From the sequence record MW679410.1: DNA of 64,000 bases, one strand, 5' to 3'. Position 1 is the first letter of the stretch, and each line of letters begins with the position of its first letter. Shown one piece after another: positions 8,773 through 17,907 of the stretch. The notes below the pieces were generated by a model. That model saw only the letters and a list, made by a program, of their open reading frames with translations. It was not told the DNA's origin and made no database searches. The position numbers and the translations under genes are program-made. The DNA is from Escherichia phage C6.

Positions 8773-10060
8773 AAGCTAGCTGTGAAGCTAAACTCACATC
8801 AGCCATATGCATACACGGCGTATAGATGAAACTGTTCTGGACTGTGAGGCCCTGCGATTTATGAACGGTGCTCACAGGAAGAGCTCGAACCTTAGTAAAC
8901 ATTCTCTTAGCTTTCCAAAAATCAGCCCACTTAGGTTTCTTACCCGTTCCACGCATGGCTTTGTATTCAGTAGCAACCTTAGCCAAGAAATAATGGAACT
9001 TCTCAACTGAAGCCTCATCGATAACCTTTAAATGCTCTACATAGTACTCGTCGTCTTCATCGATAGATTCTACTTGCAGGTCCCAGTAATTAATCATTTG
9101 TCGAGTGCCTACATCCTTAGCAGACAAGAACAATGAGGTGTGGTTCACATCCAGAATACGAACCATTTGGCCGTTATTAAAAATGGTTTCGGAGAATTTC
9201 TTACCGTCGTATTCAAGTTCCTTCATAAAAGGCTCTTGCATTACCAGGATTTCGCCCTTGATATAAGGTGCATCGGTTTCATAAAGCTTTTTACGAATAA
9301 TGCTATTCAGCTTTTCAACCGATTTATTTGTATAAGCAAACATCCTATTCTCAAACAAGGCATCAGCGTCTTTTACGATGGAAAAATAATTCATCATAAA
9401 ATCTTTTAAAGCAGTTTGAGATTTAAAACCATGGACACCATGTCCTTCGAATACACAATCTCTAAACCAACCGCCATTACGGATTTCAGTAGCCACCTCA
9501 ATGATAGGAGCATTACTACGCATTACTTCAGTCAAATGCAATTGCTTGATTTTTGGATGAGTAAAGAATGGAGACAACTGCGGACTACCATCACTTCCAG
9601 GTTCCACTGGCTGTAGCTGAGCTCTGTCGCCAATCCCTAATACAGTACACCATGGTGGCACGGAAGATTCAATAATCTTAAACAGCTTACCGTCAATCAT
9701 CGAGCCTTCATCAACAACTAGCACATTACATTTGCTCAAGTCAGGAGCTTCGCGTTGTTCAAAGATGTCCTGGTCTTCGTATGTAGTAGGGTTAATCTTT
9801 AGAATTCTGTGGATTGTTGATGCTTCTTGACCTGCGAGTTTCGACAACACCTTTTTGGCCGCATGGGTAGGTGCAGTCAAAATAACTCCGAGTTCACCAT
9901 TCTTGACTAGATGGTCAAGAATAAATTTGGTAAGGGTTGTTTTACCCGTACCAGCAGGGCCGTTCAATGTAATCCATTCGCCCTTACGTCGTTTAATAGC
10001 TTCAATGATTTCTTTAAAAGCCGTCCTCTGGCCGATGTTCAAGTCTTCAAATGTAATCAT
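8729..10060 (-). CDS. dda: Dda DNA helicase (SF1B)
   Basis: 443 aa; Walker A GPAGTGKTT; near-colinear with T4 Dda as I recall it. Confidence 0.9.
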   Translation of the reverse strand: MITFEDLNIGQRTAFKEIIEAIKRRKGEWITLNGPAGTGKTTLTKFILDHLVKNGELGVILTAPTHAAKKVLSKLAGQEASTIHRILKINPTTYEDQDIFEQREAPDLSKCNVLVVDEGSMIDGKLFKIIESSVPPWCTVLGIGDRAQLQPVEPGSDGSPQLSPFFTHPKIKQLHLTEVMRSNAPIIEVATEIRNGGWFRDCVFEGHGVHGFKSQTALKDFMMNYFSIVKDADALFENRMFAYTNKSVEKLNSIIRKKLYETDAPYIKGEILVMQEPFMKELEYDGKKFSETIFNNGQMVRILDVNHTSLFLSAKDVGTRQMINYWDLQVESIDEDDEYYVEHLKVIDEASVEKFHYFLAKVATEYKAMRGTGKKPKWADFWKAKRMFTKVRALPVSTVHKSQGLTVQNSFIYTPCMHMADVSLASQLAYVSITRARTDAYYV

Positions 10061-10356
10061 GCCAATTTTACTCGCTTAACATATAAAGTGTCTAAAACTA
10101 ATTTAAGTTCTCGGGCTCGTTCTTCGGTAGGATATACTGTTTTAGTTTCCCACTTATCAAACCACCATTTTCTAGGTGTGCACACCGTTTCAAGGCGTCC
10201 AAGCCGAAGATATCTTTTTGTTGTCATTTCATAAACGGATAGAGCGGTGTCGGCTCCAATCTTTGTCGAATACAAAGTCACTTCACCGGCATCTTCTAAT
10301 GGAATTTCGTACCCATCTTTGTCCTTGTGAACTAATACGTATGCATAGTACATCAC
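10057..10356 (-). CDS. hypothetical protein (99 aa)
   Basis: ORF; dda.1-position. Confidence 0.55.
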   Translation of the reverse strand: MMYYAYVLVHKDKDGYEIPLEDAGEVTLYSTKIGADTALSVYEMTTKRYLRLGRLETVCTPRKWWFDKWETKTVYPTEERARELKLVLDTLYVKRVKLA

Positions 10357-10357
10357 G

Positions 10358-11092
10358 TTAACCTCTAATCAGTGAAAAAATTGAAGCATTCAGTGGAAGA
10401 CCTTTTTTCAACTTCATTTTGTCAATAAAAGAAAGGTGTTCTAAACGCTCCAGACCTTGGATAATTTTATCATACATATCGTAACGCGTTTCTGCTTCAG
10501 ACAATTTAAACTTGACGCGCCAATCAGGCCCACCAATTAAAGATTTAAGACCCTTTTCCATAGTACCGATTGAAGCGTTAGAACCGTGGATACGGGCCTT
10601 AACCGCGATGACAGAAGGGGTCTTATCAGTAGCTCCTGATTTAATAAGGTCCTTAAGACGTTTTTCACGCTTTTTAAGGCCTTTTTGGGTATCTTTAATA
10701 TTTTTAACGATTTTACGAATTTTGTAATAATTATCAGGGGTAACTTTAAAACTATTAGGCATTTTAGAACTACCTGAAATACGGACCGCTAAACGGGTCT
10801 GGGCGCGCTTCAATTCATCTAGAGACAAATCGGCACGTAAGCTGTTGTACTTAACTTTAACCGGGATTACATTACCTTCGATATAACCAATATCATTATT
10901 AAAACGTTCAAATGAAATCTTATCATTAACTGAATTCTCATCAAAGCGCTCGCCTGAATAAGCACACACTTTTTGTTCAAGAAGTCTACGAACATACTTA
11001 CTAGACAGATTGAAGTCCTTACCACGTTTATAAGCAGAAGCTTTGGTATGTTTGCGGCGGTTGTAAACCTTTAATTCAAATTCAGGGGTCAT
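10358..11092 (-). CDS. srd: hypothetical protein, Srd-position (possible anti-sigma decoy)
   Basis: 244 aa; size and position between dda and the mod genes match T4 srd; identity by synteny only. Confidence 0.45.
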   Translation of the reverse strand: MTPEFELKVYNRRKHTKASAYKRGKDFNLSSKYVRRLLEQKVCAYSGERFDENSVNDKISFERFNNDIGYIEGNVIPVKVKYNSLRADLSLDELKRAQTRLAVRISGSSKMPNSFKVTPDNYYKIRKIVKNIKDTQKGLKKREKRLKDLIKSGATDKTPSVIAVKARIHGSNASIGTMEKGLKSLIGGPDWRVKFKLSEAETRYDMYDKIIQGLERLEHLSFIDKMKLKKGLPLNASIFSLIRG

Positions 11093-11132
11093 GATATTTT
11101 TCTCATCTTACGGACGATTAGTTGATATGTCT

Positions 11133-11161
11133 ATAGTATCAAGTTACTCGATAAAGTAAAC
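11133..11161 (-). promoter_or_regulatory. T4-type early promoter cassette
   Basis: Minus strand GTTTAC-N17-TACTAT upstream of the srd-position gene. Confidence 0.55.
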
Positions 11162-11229
11162 ACTTTTTGCTTTAAATTTTCGACGGTATAATGAATCAAG
11201 GACTTTGCCTTTCAATTAAACCGGGTGGT

Positions 11230-11844
11230 TCAGTAAGAAAGAACGGAAAGATTCCAAATGGTGTAATTATTCCATTTAGGATTTCTCTCAATAGAGTCTA
11301 CGCGCAGCGTAGTTCCCGCAGGGAACATCATCTCATCTTCATCATTGATTAATTGTAAGTTTGCTATACGGGTAGATTCAGGAAATGCGCCTGGGAACTC
11401 TTCAGGGGGAGCAGCACATAACATTTTAAAGATTTCTTCCTGATAATTGTACACAAATGGCGCATCATTAATACAAAAGATATTAAATGTTCCATAGAAG
11501 TTATAAGATGCGAAATTCCTTGCCACGTTGAAGTCTTTAGAGAAGCTCATCACACGGTCGAATTCAATTACCGCACCTACACACATTGTGGACTCTAGAT
11601 ACTTCATAGTCTTTTTAGATATGCCGCGATAGAGCTTATCAGGCACTACAGAAGTCAGGTTCTTACGGATGATTTTGTTCAGAGTTTCCTGGATACAATC
11701 TGGTTTATTTTCCATGCACTGCCAGAGGGTACTCTGTTCTAAATCAGAATACACCTCATCAATTTCTATCTGAGTATTCTCACGGAAATCATCGCATTTG
11801 ACATTGTTGATAAATTCTGCTAATTTATGGCTCGGATATAACAT
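11230..11844 (-). CDS. modB: ADP-ribosyltransferase ModB-like
   Basis: 204 aa; R-S-E ART signature: LYRG, SFS, and EDEMMF glutamate motif. Confidence 0.7.
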   Translation of the reverse strand: MLYPSHKLAEFINNVKCDDFRENTQIEIDEVYSDLEQSTLWQCMENKPDCIQETLNKIIRKNLTSVVPDKLYRGISKKTMKYLESTMCVGAVIEFDRVMSFSKDFNVARNFASYNFYGTFNIFCINDAPFVYNYQEEIFKMLCAAPPEEFPGAFPESTRIANLQLINDEDEMMFPAGTTLRVDSIERNPKWNNYTIWNLSVLSY

Positions 11845-11898
11845 ATTATTCTCCTCAGTTGGTAGAAAGATAGTACCACAAGCTTCCTTGCCTGTAAA

Positions 11899-12468
11899 CT
11901 AAAAATCCAACATTTTTAAATGAATTGTTTTATACTCGATTTCGTACGGGTCTCTTTTGACGGTTTCGATTGCAACAATCTCAAATCGCGATTGGCTGGA
12001 GACCATGAACTCACATTCAGTTTCAACCATATCATAGAGGTCAATACGAGTTTCATCAATTTCAAGGTCGTCTACATTCCCTGCAAGAACAAGGTCGATA
12101 GCATGGTTGTAGTAGTCGAAAATGAACGGTGCATTCCTGAGACTTAAAATGGTTTTGGTTCCGTATTCCCATGCCCCTGCAAACTGACGAGCCTGAGAGT
12201 ATTGTGTACTAAAAGAAGTAACGCGACCAGGAGACCATTGACACCCAACAGAAAGAACTTCAAGTTGCTCAAGTTCTCTGGTGGTAATCCCACGATACAA
12301 CTCTACTGGAACCGCTGAAGTAACATGCTTGCGAACCAGTTTGTCGAGGTCGTAATGGAAGTTAGGGTCCTTTTTAGCATCCAGACATTTCTCTAACAAC
12401 GCTTGTTCAGATTTTGAGAATTTGGAATTGATTCGGTCTTGATAAAGACATTTTTGTTCGATGTTCAT
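11899..12468 (-). CDS. modA: ADP-ribosyltransferase ModA-like
   Basis: 189 aa; LYRG arginine motif, TSFST, ECEF glutamate motif; paralog of adjacent ORF. Confidence 0.7.
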   Translation of the reverse strand: MNIEQKCLYQDRINSKFSKSEQALLEKCLDAKKDPNFHYDLDKLVRKHVTSAVPVELYRGITTRELEQLEVLSVGCQWSPGRVTSFSTQYSQARQFAGAWEYGTKTILSLRNAPFIFDYYNHAIDLVLAGNVDDLEIDETRIDLYDMVETECEFMVSSQSRFEIVAIETVKRDPYEIEYKTIHLKMLDF

Positions 12469-12492
12469 ATGACCTCCAGTGATTTAGAGGTC

Positions 12493-12521
12493 ATTATAAC
12501 ATGAAGGGAGGAGGTGTAAAC
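12493..12521 (-). promoter_or_regulatory. T4-type early promoter
   Basis: Minus strand GTTTAC-N17-TATAAT upstream of the modA-like gene. Confidence 0.55.
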
Positions 12522-12775
12522 TACTTAAACACACCAAGTGGGACGCCAAACACTGCAATGTCAGCAGCCATGCCTAATGAGGATTGGGTATATGAAGTAT
12601 AAGAGCTTTTTGATTCATACGAGCTTTTTGTTTCTGGCTTCTCGGCTTCAATCTTAAGAGCTTTCGCCTGAATATTTTTTTGCTCGATTTCCTTACGAGC
12701 CTGTTTACGGTCGATATCCAACGCCGATGTAGGTATATTAGTCAGCCAATTCATTATTTTACCCAAGGAGCCCAA
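12521..12775 (-). CDS. hypothetical protein (84 aa), C-terminal hydrophobic helix
   Basis: ORF. Confidence 0.5.
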   Translation of the reverse strand: MGSLGKIMNWLTNIPTSALDIDRKQARKEIEQKNIQAKALKIEAEKPETKSSYESKSSYTSYTQSSLGMAADIAVFGVPLGVFK

Positions 12776-12942
12776 GGTGGAGGGTCTAAGTAATAAGAAG
12801 CAAGGTCACTAAGGACCTCTTTAGGCAACTTAAAACCGTGCTTCTGTATAATCATATCAAGTTCGTTGACAAGGTCAACAGGCGGCTCCTGAGTTGTTTC
12901 AGGCTCAGGGTCCGGAATGACAAACATATCAAATAAGTCCAT
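12754..12942 (-). CDS. hypothetical protein (62 aa)
   Basis: ORF. Confidence 0.5.
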   Translation of the reverse strand: MDLFDMFVIPDPEPETTQEPPVDLVNELDMIIQKHGFKLPKEVLSDLASYYLDPPPWAPWVK

Positions 12943-13433
12943 TAGTAACCACCGATAGGACCGTACTCGTACATACGAGCTCGCACCTTAGCATCACGAA
13001 TAGCGTCTTCAGTCATGGTAAAGCGCAATCCAATATCAAAGTGTTTCCAAATCTGACGTTCGACTTCAGTAAGGTCTTCGGTAGCTGAAATCAGATAAGT
13101 ACGACCTTTAAGACGTTCGTTGGACATTCTATCGGTATCTTTATAGAAAATGTCCATTGTTCCTTCAGTATAAGGGTCTGCCGGATAACGATAACCCTTG
13201 ATATGCAATGCTTCAGCCAGGCTAAAAGGACAACCTTCAGCAACATCAACATTTTTGTTATGATAAGCCTTCATCATAACATTTTCAGGAAGCTTAATAT
13301 CTTTTAATCGCGTTTCTAACTGGGTTATAGAATTCGTACCATTATCGACAAGGATAAGACACGCCGTAGCATCATAAGGACGCGTTTGTCCGGCAGAATC
13401 ACGAACAAAGAATTCTAGTTCATAAACTTTCAT
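12942..13433 (-). CDS. hypothetical protein (163 aa)
   Basis: ORF. Confidence 0.65.
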   Translation of the reverse strand: MKVYELEFFVRDSAGQTRPYDATACLILVDNGTNSITQLETRLKDIKLPENVMMKAYHNKNVDVAEGCPFSLAEALHIKGYRYPADPYTEGTMDIFYKDTDRMSNERLKGRTYLISATEDLTEVERQIWKHFDIGLRFTMTEDAIRDAKVRARMYEYGPIGGY

Positions 13434-13587
13434 TATGATTTCCTCTTCTTAGTTTACCTACTAAAGGACCATCCGGAATTTTATTTTCTTGGATGTATTT
13501 CTCGTTTTCTTCCATCATTTTACTACCAATTTTAAGAAGCAAATCCAGTGCCTCTTTAGCATGTTTTTCAGCCTCTTCAGTAGTCAT
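13420..13587 (-). CDS. small hypothetical protein (55 aa)
   Basis: Hand-translated [20 protein letters not shown]...; ATGA overlap with upstream gene stop and overlaps downstream gene start; fills an otherwise empty 150-nt gap. Confidence 0.4.
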   Translation of the reverse strand: MTTEEAEKHAKEALDLLLKIGSKMMEENEKYIQENKIPDGPLVGKLRRGNHNESL

Positions 13588-13784
13588 GATTTATCCCCAT
13601 AGATGTCACGCATAATTCTAAGAGCTTCGCGTTCTAATTTCTTTTCGCGTTCTTCACGGATACCTTTAAGAATCCATTCTTCGGAGTCACGTTTCATTTC
13701 TGCATTGGCTTGGTCTAACCACCCGTCATCAAGATAATCGCCAGGACGGTCTAGCCAATCTTTAAGCCATGATAAAGGTTTCAT
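13584..13784 (-). CDS. hypothetical protein (66 aa)
   Basis: ORF. Confidence 0.55.
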   Translation of the reverse strand: MKPLSWLKDWLDRPGDYLDDGWLDQANAEMKRDSEEWILKGIREEREKKLEREALRIMRDIYGDKS

Positions 13785-14101
13785 TAATCACACGAGCCGG
13801 ACGATGAGCCACAGCTTCCTGAGTCAGAATAAGACGAATCACCGGTCCATGAACTAACGGCAGCCGCAACCATAATAGGAGTGGTATCAATATGGCTTGT
13901 GCGACGAGCTTCTAGATGTTCTTTAAACTTTTTAGAATTCAAAGGAAGAGCGCCTGGCCCCACATTACCAGCTTTTTCAGGTTGACGGATAACTTCTTCC
14001 ATCATACCGTCGCCCACATAAACATATTCCTTCGGACCTGAGATAGGAACCACCCCTTCGCCGGGTTTGGTCTTGAAAAAATTCTTAAGCCAACGAATCA
14101 T
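13784..14101 (-). CDS. hypothetical protein (105 aa) with Ser/Gly/Cys-rich C-terminal tail
   Basis: ORF; C-terminus GDSSYSDSGSCGSSSGSCD. Confidence 0.55.
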   Translation of the reverse strand: MIRWLKNFFKTKPGEGVVPISGPKEYVYVGDGMMEEVIRQPEKAGNVGPGALPLNSKKFKEHLEARRTSHIDTTPIMVAAAVSSWTGDSSYSDSGSCGSSSGSCD

Positions 14102-14343
14102 AGGAAACCTCGTTTAAATTCAACTTTATCGATATCATCAGTCTCGTGACGGATTTCGGCATTAAATTCGATAGAACCGTCTTCATGCATCATAAATGAA
14201 TGGACAATAACTTCGGTATACCAAGGAGTATAAAAGTACTTTTTCAATACGTGGTTAGCGATAATTTCATCCAAAGTTTTATTAGGTTTAATCCAACGAT
14301 TTAACATAGTGTTCTCCTCTATAAGGTAAGACCATCTTAACAC
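14098..14343 (-). CDS. hypothetical protein (81 aa)
   Basis: ORF. Confidence 0.55.
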   Translation of the reverse strand: MLRWSYLIEENTMLNRWIKPNKTLDEIIANHVLKKYFYTPWYTEVIVHSFMMHEDGSIEFNAEIRHETDDIDKVEFKRGFL

Positions 14344-14377
14344 AACCTTCCTAGAAAGTAAACCCTTAAAACGAAAA

Positions 14378-14397
14378 AAGGAACCCGAAGGTTCCTT
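14378..14397 (-). terminator. stem-loop terminator downstream of soc
   Basis: Minus-strand hairpin AAGGAACC-UUCG-GGUUCCUU followed by a U-run. Confidence 0.65.
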
Positions 14398-14401
14398 ATA
14401 A

Positions 14402-14635
14402 TTAAACTACTGGGGTAGGCGTGAACATTGCTGCGTTCTTGGTCTTCCAGTCAGCAGCATCAGTCACTACGGTTGAGTAGGCCGCAACGGCTGAAGGGAA
14501 AGTCTGATAATGAGAGTCTGCAATACGGTGCTCGTTTGAATAAATCTCAAACGGGACCGAAACCTCAGTACCTTTAACTTCTTTGCCTTCACCGGCTGGA
14601 TGTGTAAAGGTTTTGATATTAACGAAACCACCCAT
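14402..14635 (-). CDS. soc: small outer capsid protein Soc
   Basis: 77 aa; GFVNIKTF...HYQTFPS..AAYSTV matches my recollection of T4 Soc; preceded by late promoter. Confidence 0.8.
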   Translation of the reverse strand: MGGFVNIKTFTHPAGEGKEVKGTEVSVPFEIYSNEHRIADSHYQTFPSAVAAYSTVVTDAADWKTKNAAMFTPTPVV

Positions 14636-14666
14636 AATTAACTCCTTTGTTGTTTAATTACAGGTG

Positions 14667-14674
14667 TATTTATA
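14667..14674 (-). promoter_or_regulatory. T4-type late promoter TATAAATA for soc
   Basis: Exact TATAAATA on the minus strand about 30 nt upstream of the soc ATG. Confidence 0.6.
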
Positions 14675-14676
14675 AC

Positions 14677-15198
14677 TTAATAACCTCGGTCTTGACGAGC
14701 AAAGTTCTCAGCATTTTTCAGGTAATACAACTTAAAGATTTCTTCAGCAGTCAGACCAAGACCTTGGAACATATTCAGAACAAAGTGCAGAATATCAATC
14801 ATCTCGAATTTAATTTCAAGCTGGTCTTCAGGAGAGAGTTCGTCAATACGACGGTTACGGAATTCACCGTGCTGAGCTTTCCAAGGCTTCCAGACGCTAG
14901 ATGCGGCTTTCTCACCATTACTCATGCCACCAAGAGAAGTCAACAGTTCACGGAATTCGTCATCAATATAATCTTTCTGGTTGCGAAGCCAATCGACAAC
15001 TTGACCTGCAGTAGCCAGTTCATCGGGGTTAGAGTTAAATTCAGATTTTTCAGTAGCCAAACGGACCTGTAATGATTTCTGCATATCAAGCATAACCTGC
15101 AGAGGGTCTTTATCTTCGTGAATCAAAGCATTAAAATAAGCTTCCTCAGCTTTATCAACACCAGCAATAAGTTGTGAGCATTCGTTAAAGTGTGCCAT
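14677..15198 (-). CDS. 56: dCTP pyrophosphatase gp56 (MazG-like)
   Basis: 173 aa; position and size match T4 gp56. Confidence 0.8.
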   Translation of the reverse strand: MAHFNECSQLIAGVDKAEEAYFNALIHEDKDPLQVMLDMQKSLQVRLATEKSEFNSNPDELATAGQVVDWLRNQKDYIDDEFRELLTSLGGMSNGEKAASSVWKPWKAQHGEFRNRRIDELSPEDQLEIKFEMIDILHFVLNMFQGLGLTAEEIFKLYYLKNAENFARQDRGY

Positions 15199-15290
15199 TA
15201 TATTTTTTTCCTTTTCAATTCATTAGTAAGTTAGATAATTATAAACTGTTAGATTAAAGCGAATAAATAATAATTTAACAGGAGGATAAC

Positions 15291-15491
15291 ATGGGCAGTA
15301 TTTTTTACCAAATCTGGAAATTGGCCGAAAAGAAAGACAAGAAAATGATGTTAGGTTTTCTTGCGCTAGACGTATTCCTTTGGAATCTTCTAGTAGTCCC
15401 TGTAGCCGCTAGCCAAGGGATAATTTTACCAGCGGTTACAATGGAACACGTGTTAAGCATAATTGGATTCTTTAGCGGAATCCACGCTTAA
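15291..15491 (+). CDS. small membrane protein (66 aa) on the opposite strand
   Basis: Plus-strand ORF with perfect AGGAGG SD 7 nt upstream of ATG; two hydrophobic helices; lies in a 290-nt gap between minus-strand genes 56 and 61. Confidence 0.5.
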   Translation: MGSIFYQIWKLAEKKDKKMMLGFLALDVFLWNLLVVPVAASQGIILPAVTMEHVLSIIGFFSGIHA

Positions 15492-16516
15492 ATTTTGGAA
15501 TATTTCGAAAGTCTCATTTTAGCCATTAGACCTTGGGCTATATTAGCTTTCATATATGCCAGTACATCATTTATATCAGCTTTATCTTTCATAATCATAT
15601 CATTTATATCTTTAGAAGGCCATGGAGCCTTGTCCCAGAATAGAACCCTTTCGCCAGCATCAACTAATCGTTGCATACGCTTAATTGTGTCAGGATGGCG
15701 GGGTTCATTGTCCATCACCCAGGCACGAGTTTCTTTACATGGAACCATAGCCAAGTCCAACGACCCGCCAGTAATTGCTATTGCATTCGGTACGAATAAT
15801 GAATCGATAGGACCTTCCATTACCCACACCAATTGACGTTCATCAACCGTATCCATTCCATATATTTTTGTAGCTTGGTCATGAGCTTTTATTGTAATAT
15901 ACTTTTGTGGAGCATCTTTACGTAAGGCTCGACCCTGAAAACTTTCAATTTGTTTATTCTTATTGAAAATTGGAATAACCAAACGAGGTTCAGGCATTTC
16001 TTTAGAATAGGTCCCTGGATTCACAGAGTTAACTAATGCAGGCCATTCTTTAGTAAACCATAGCCGATTCCATTTATTTTCAGGAATGCAACGCAACGTC
16101 ACATATTTGATAATAGGATGGTCCTTTGGCATTCTATCTAATCGTTCACAGAAATTAAGCTTTTCGATAATAGGCATCTTAGCTTTAATTTTTTCAGATA
16201 TCTCCACCTTAGGTGCAGCTTGTCTCCCGAACGATTGCTCTTTATGTTTCTCAAGAATATATTCACGATATAAATCAGGCTCGTATTCGTATAGATACTT
16301 CTTAATTCCTGCTGAATAATCACAGTTAAAACAGTGCAGCATTACGGAGCCGTCATTAGCAGGATAGGCCCAAAAACGAGCTTTGTTCTCATCTTTTAGG
16401 GAGTCACCGCATACACGACAACGGCAGTTTAATTTAAAATCACTACCGGTTACTTGTCTGAATTTAGGTTGGTAATTCAAGGCACGTACAGCAAATTCTC
16501 TATCGACATATGACAT
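15488..16516 (-). CDS. 61: DNA primase gp61
   Basis: 342 aa; N-terminal Cys4 zinc ribbon (CRCRVCGD...CFNCDY) then Toprim-like region; same length as T4 gp61. Confidence 0.9.
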   Translation of the reverse strand: MSYVDREFAVRALNYQPKFRQVTGSDFKLNCRCRVCGDSLKDENKARFWAYPANDGSVMLHCFNCDYSAGIKKYLYEYEPDLYREYILEKHKEQSFGRQAAPKVEISEKIKAKMPIIEKLNFCERLDRMPKDHPIIKYVTLRCIPENKWNRLWFTKEWPALVNSVNPGTYSKEMPEPRLVIPIFNKNKQIESFQGRALRKDAPQKYITIKAHDQATKIYGMDTVDERQLVWVMEGPIDSLFVPNAIAITGGSLDLAMVPCKETRAWVMDNEPRHPDTIKRMQRLVDAGERVLFWDKAPWPSKDINDMIMKDKADINDVLAYMKANIAQGLMAKMRLSKYSKI

Positions 16517-16554
16517 TATTTTTCCTTGGGCTCTAAATTAATAGAGCCATTATA

Positions 16555-16716
16555 TCATTCGTTTTCGGATTTTTCTTTACGCTTTTTAGATGGGATTTGT
16601 TCAGGCCCTTTGTTGACGACAGCGCCTGAGGTAGTTCCGGAGGCAATAGCAGTAGGATTACCACCTGCATCACCTGCGACCATATCTTCGTTCATAACTT
16701 CTTTAAAAGATTTCAT
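16555..16716 (-). CDS. small hypothetical protein (53 aa)
   Basis: Hand-translated ORF MKSFKEVMNEDMVAGDAGGNPT...; AGGAG SD; TATAAATA-like element just upstream. Confidence 0.4.
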   Translation of the reverse strand: MKSFKEVMNEDMVAGDAGGNPTAIASGTTSGAVVNKGPEQIPSKKRKEKSENE

Positions 16717-16732
16717 AGGCTCCTGGCCTTAT

Positions 16733-16924
16733 TTATATTACGAAAATAGCTTTATCACCATTTGCATCAGTGACTTCATAGGTATCTTCGTGGTAAAGTG
16801 GAATAATCCAAGTCACACCATCACCAGCAATAATATGGATAGCTTCTTGGTCTTTTGATACGATTTCATATTCTTCGAATAACTCGAATACAGAAATCTT
16901 AGAGCCCGTACACATTGCACTCAT
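16733..16924 (-). CDS. hypothetical protein (63 aa)
   Basis: ORF. Confidence 0.5.
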   Translation of the reverse strand: MSAMCTGSKISVFELFEEYEIVSKDQEAIHIIAGDGVTWIIPLYHEDTYEVTDANGDKAIFVI

Positions 16925-17120
16925 ATTGTTCCCTTCTTTTAATCAGTTGGCGATGGGCCTTTTTAAGTTTACGAAGCTGGCGTTTAGTTGGTCGTGCAAC
17001 ATAAGCTTGAGTAGTTACTCGTCCAAAAACACCGTACTTAGGCGAAGGAGAATCGATGAAGACTTCCCATTGACAAGAGTAGCTATACACGGCTTTAGAG
17101 AATTGAGTTAAGACAAACAT
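16899..17120 (-). CDS. small basic protein with PTKRQ motif (73 aa)
   Basis: ORF; shares W-E-[VL]...PTKRQ[IL]R block with ORF 17908..18147. Confidence 0.5.
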   Translation of the reverse strand: MFVLTQFSKAVYSYSCQWEVFIDSPSPKYGVFGRVTTQAYVARPTKRQLRKLKKAHRQLIKRREQYECNVYGL

Positions 17121-17121
17121 A

Positions 17122-17562
17122 TTAACCTCGATTCATAAAAGCATTAAAAATTTGGTCATCAATTGAATAAACCGGGGCTTCCAGAATTTTCAACAGACTA
17201 TTTTTGATGTACTTGCTAGGGATATCCATATTAATGCCGTCATTCAATTCATTGTCCGGGAGGATATCTTTAAATTCAAACCCATCAAACTCAACCTTGT
17301 CAGGAATACCTTCAGCGAAAAAATAAACCAATTGATGTATTGCATTACATGAAAATAATTTAGACTTGACTGCAATAAGTTCTTGCCAATGGTTTAATTC
17401 TCTGTTAAGGAGTTTATGAGCAAATATAATTCTATCATCACTATCAACAAGAAAATAACCTAGGTATTGGTGGTCGTCGCTCCAATACATCCTGTATGCT
17501 TGTGCATTTGGATTTTTACAACGAAGTTTTTTGATAACTAAAGTTCTGTTAATCTTATTCAC
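17122..17562 (-). CDS. hypothetical protein (146 aa)
   Basis: ORF. Confidence 0.65.
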   Translation of the reverse strand: MNKINRTLVIKKLRCKNPNAQAYRMYWSDDHQYLGYFLVDSDDRIIFAHKLLNRELNHWQELIAVKSKLFSCNAIHQLVYFFAEGIPDKVEFDGFEFKDILPDNELNDGINMDIPSKYIKNSLLKILEAPVYSIDDQIFNAFMNRG

Positions 17563-17848
17563 CTGTCACCTCTTTAACGATATTTTTGTTATCGAAATTG
17601 GCATCGCAATACAAAACATAGTTATATTGCATAACACCGCTTGAAGCTAATTGGTCTGACACTTCTTTAGCCATATCAGGGCGGTCGCGTTTAGTGATGT
17701 TCATGATATCAGCATAAATCTGATGTTCAACCGATTCTTGGTCTGCAGTCATAGACCATTCACAAAGGTCTTTATCCAATCCAGCCGTAACTGGAGCGGT
17801 GCCACATGATGCTACTGTAAGGATTGCTGCGATTAATAACTTTTTCAT
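17555..17848 (-). CDS. sp: spackle-like periplasmic protein (superinfection exclusion)
   Basis: Start moved to internal ATG giving MKKLLIAAILTVASCG signal peptide; about 97 aa; position in the 61.x block matches T4 sp. Confidence 0.55.
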   Translation of the reverse strand: MKKLLIAAILTVASCGTAPVTAGLDKDLCEWSMTADQESVEHQIYADIMNITKRDRPDMAKEVSDQLASSGVMQYNYVLYCDANFDNKNIVKEVTGE

Positions 17849-17876
17849 TTTTAACTCCTCGTTAGTTGATAGGTCT

Positions 17877-17906
17877 ATAGTATCACTACCATAGACCGTT
17901 GTAAAC
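17877..17906 (-). promoter_or_regulatory. T4-type early promoter cassette
   Basis: Minus strand GTTTAC, 18-nt spacer, TACTAT, then conserved CTATCAAC leader. Confidence 0.6.
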
Positions 17907-17907
17907 A

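Noticed and set aside
10358-11092. HNH-endonuclease-like pattern (CAYSG...ERFNND...GN...KYN) in the srd-position ORF, suggesting a degenerate homing endonuclease
   Set aside because: The catalytic His and the zinc-ligand Cys pairs are not present, and the gene sits exactly where T4 has srd. The resemblance is probably coincidental or at most a decayed relic, and I cannot verify it without a profile search.
14647-15072. 141-aa plus-strand ORF antisense to gene 56
   Set aside because: It lies entirely inside the well-supported gp56 coding sequence on the other strand and has no SD or promoter. The same reasoning applies to other long antisense ORFs in the track (for example 9911-10234, 39924-40316, 60147-60506, 60609-61085).
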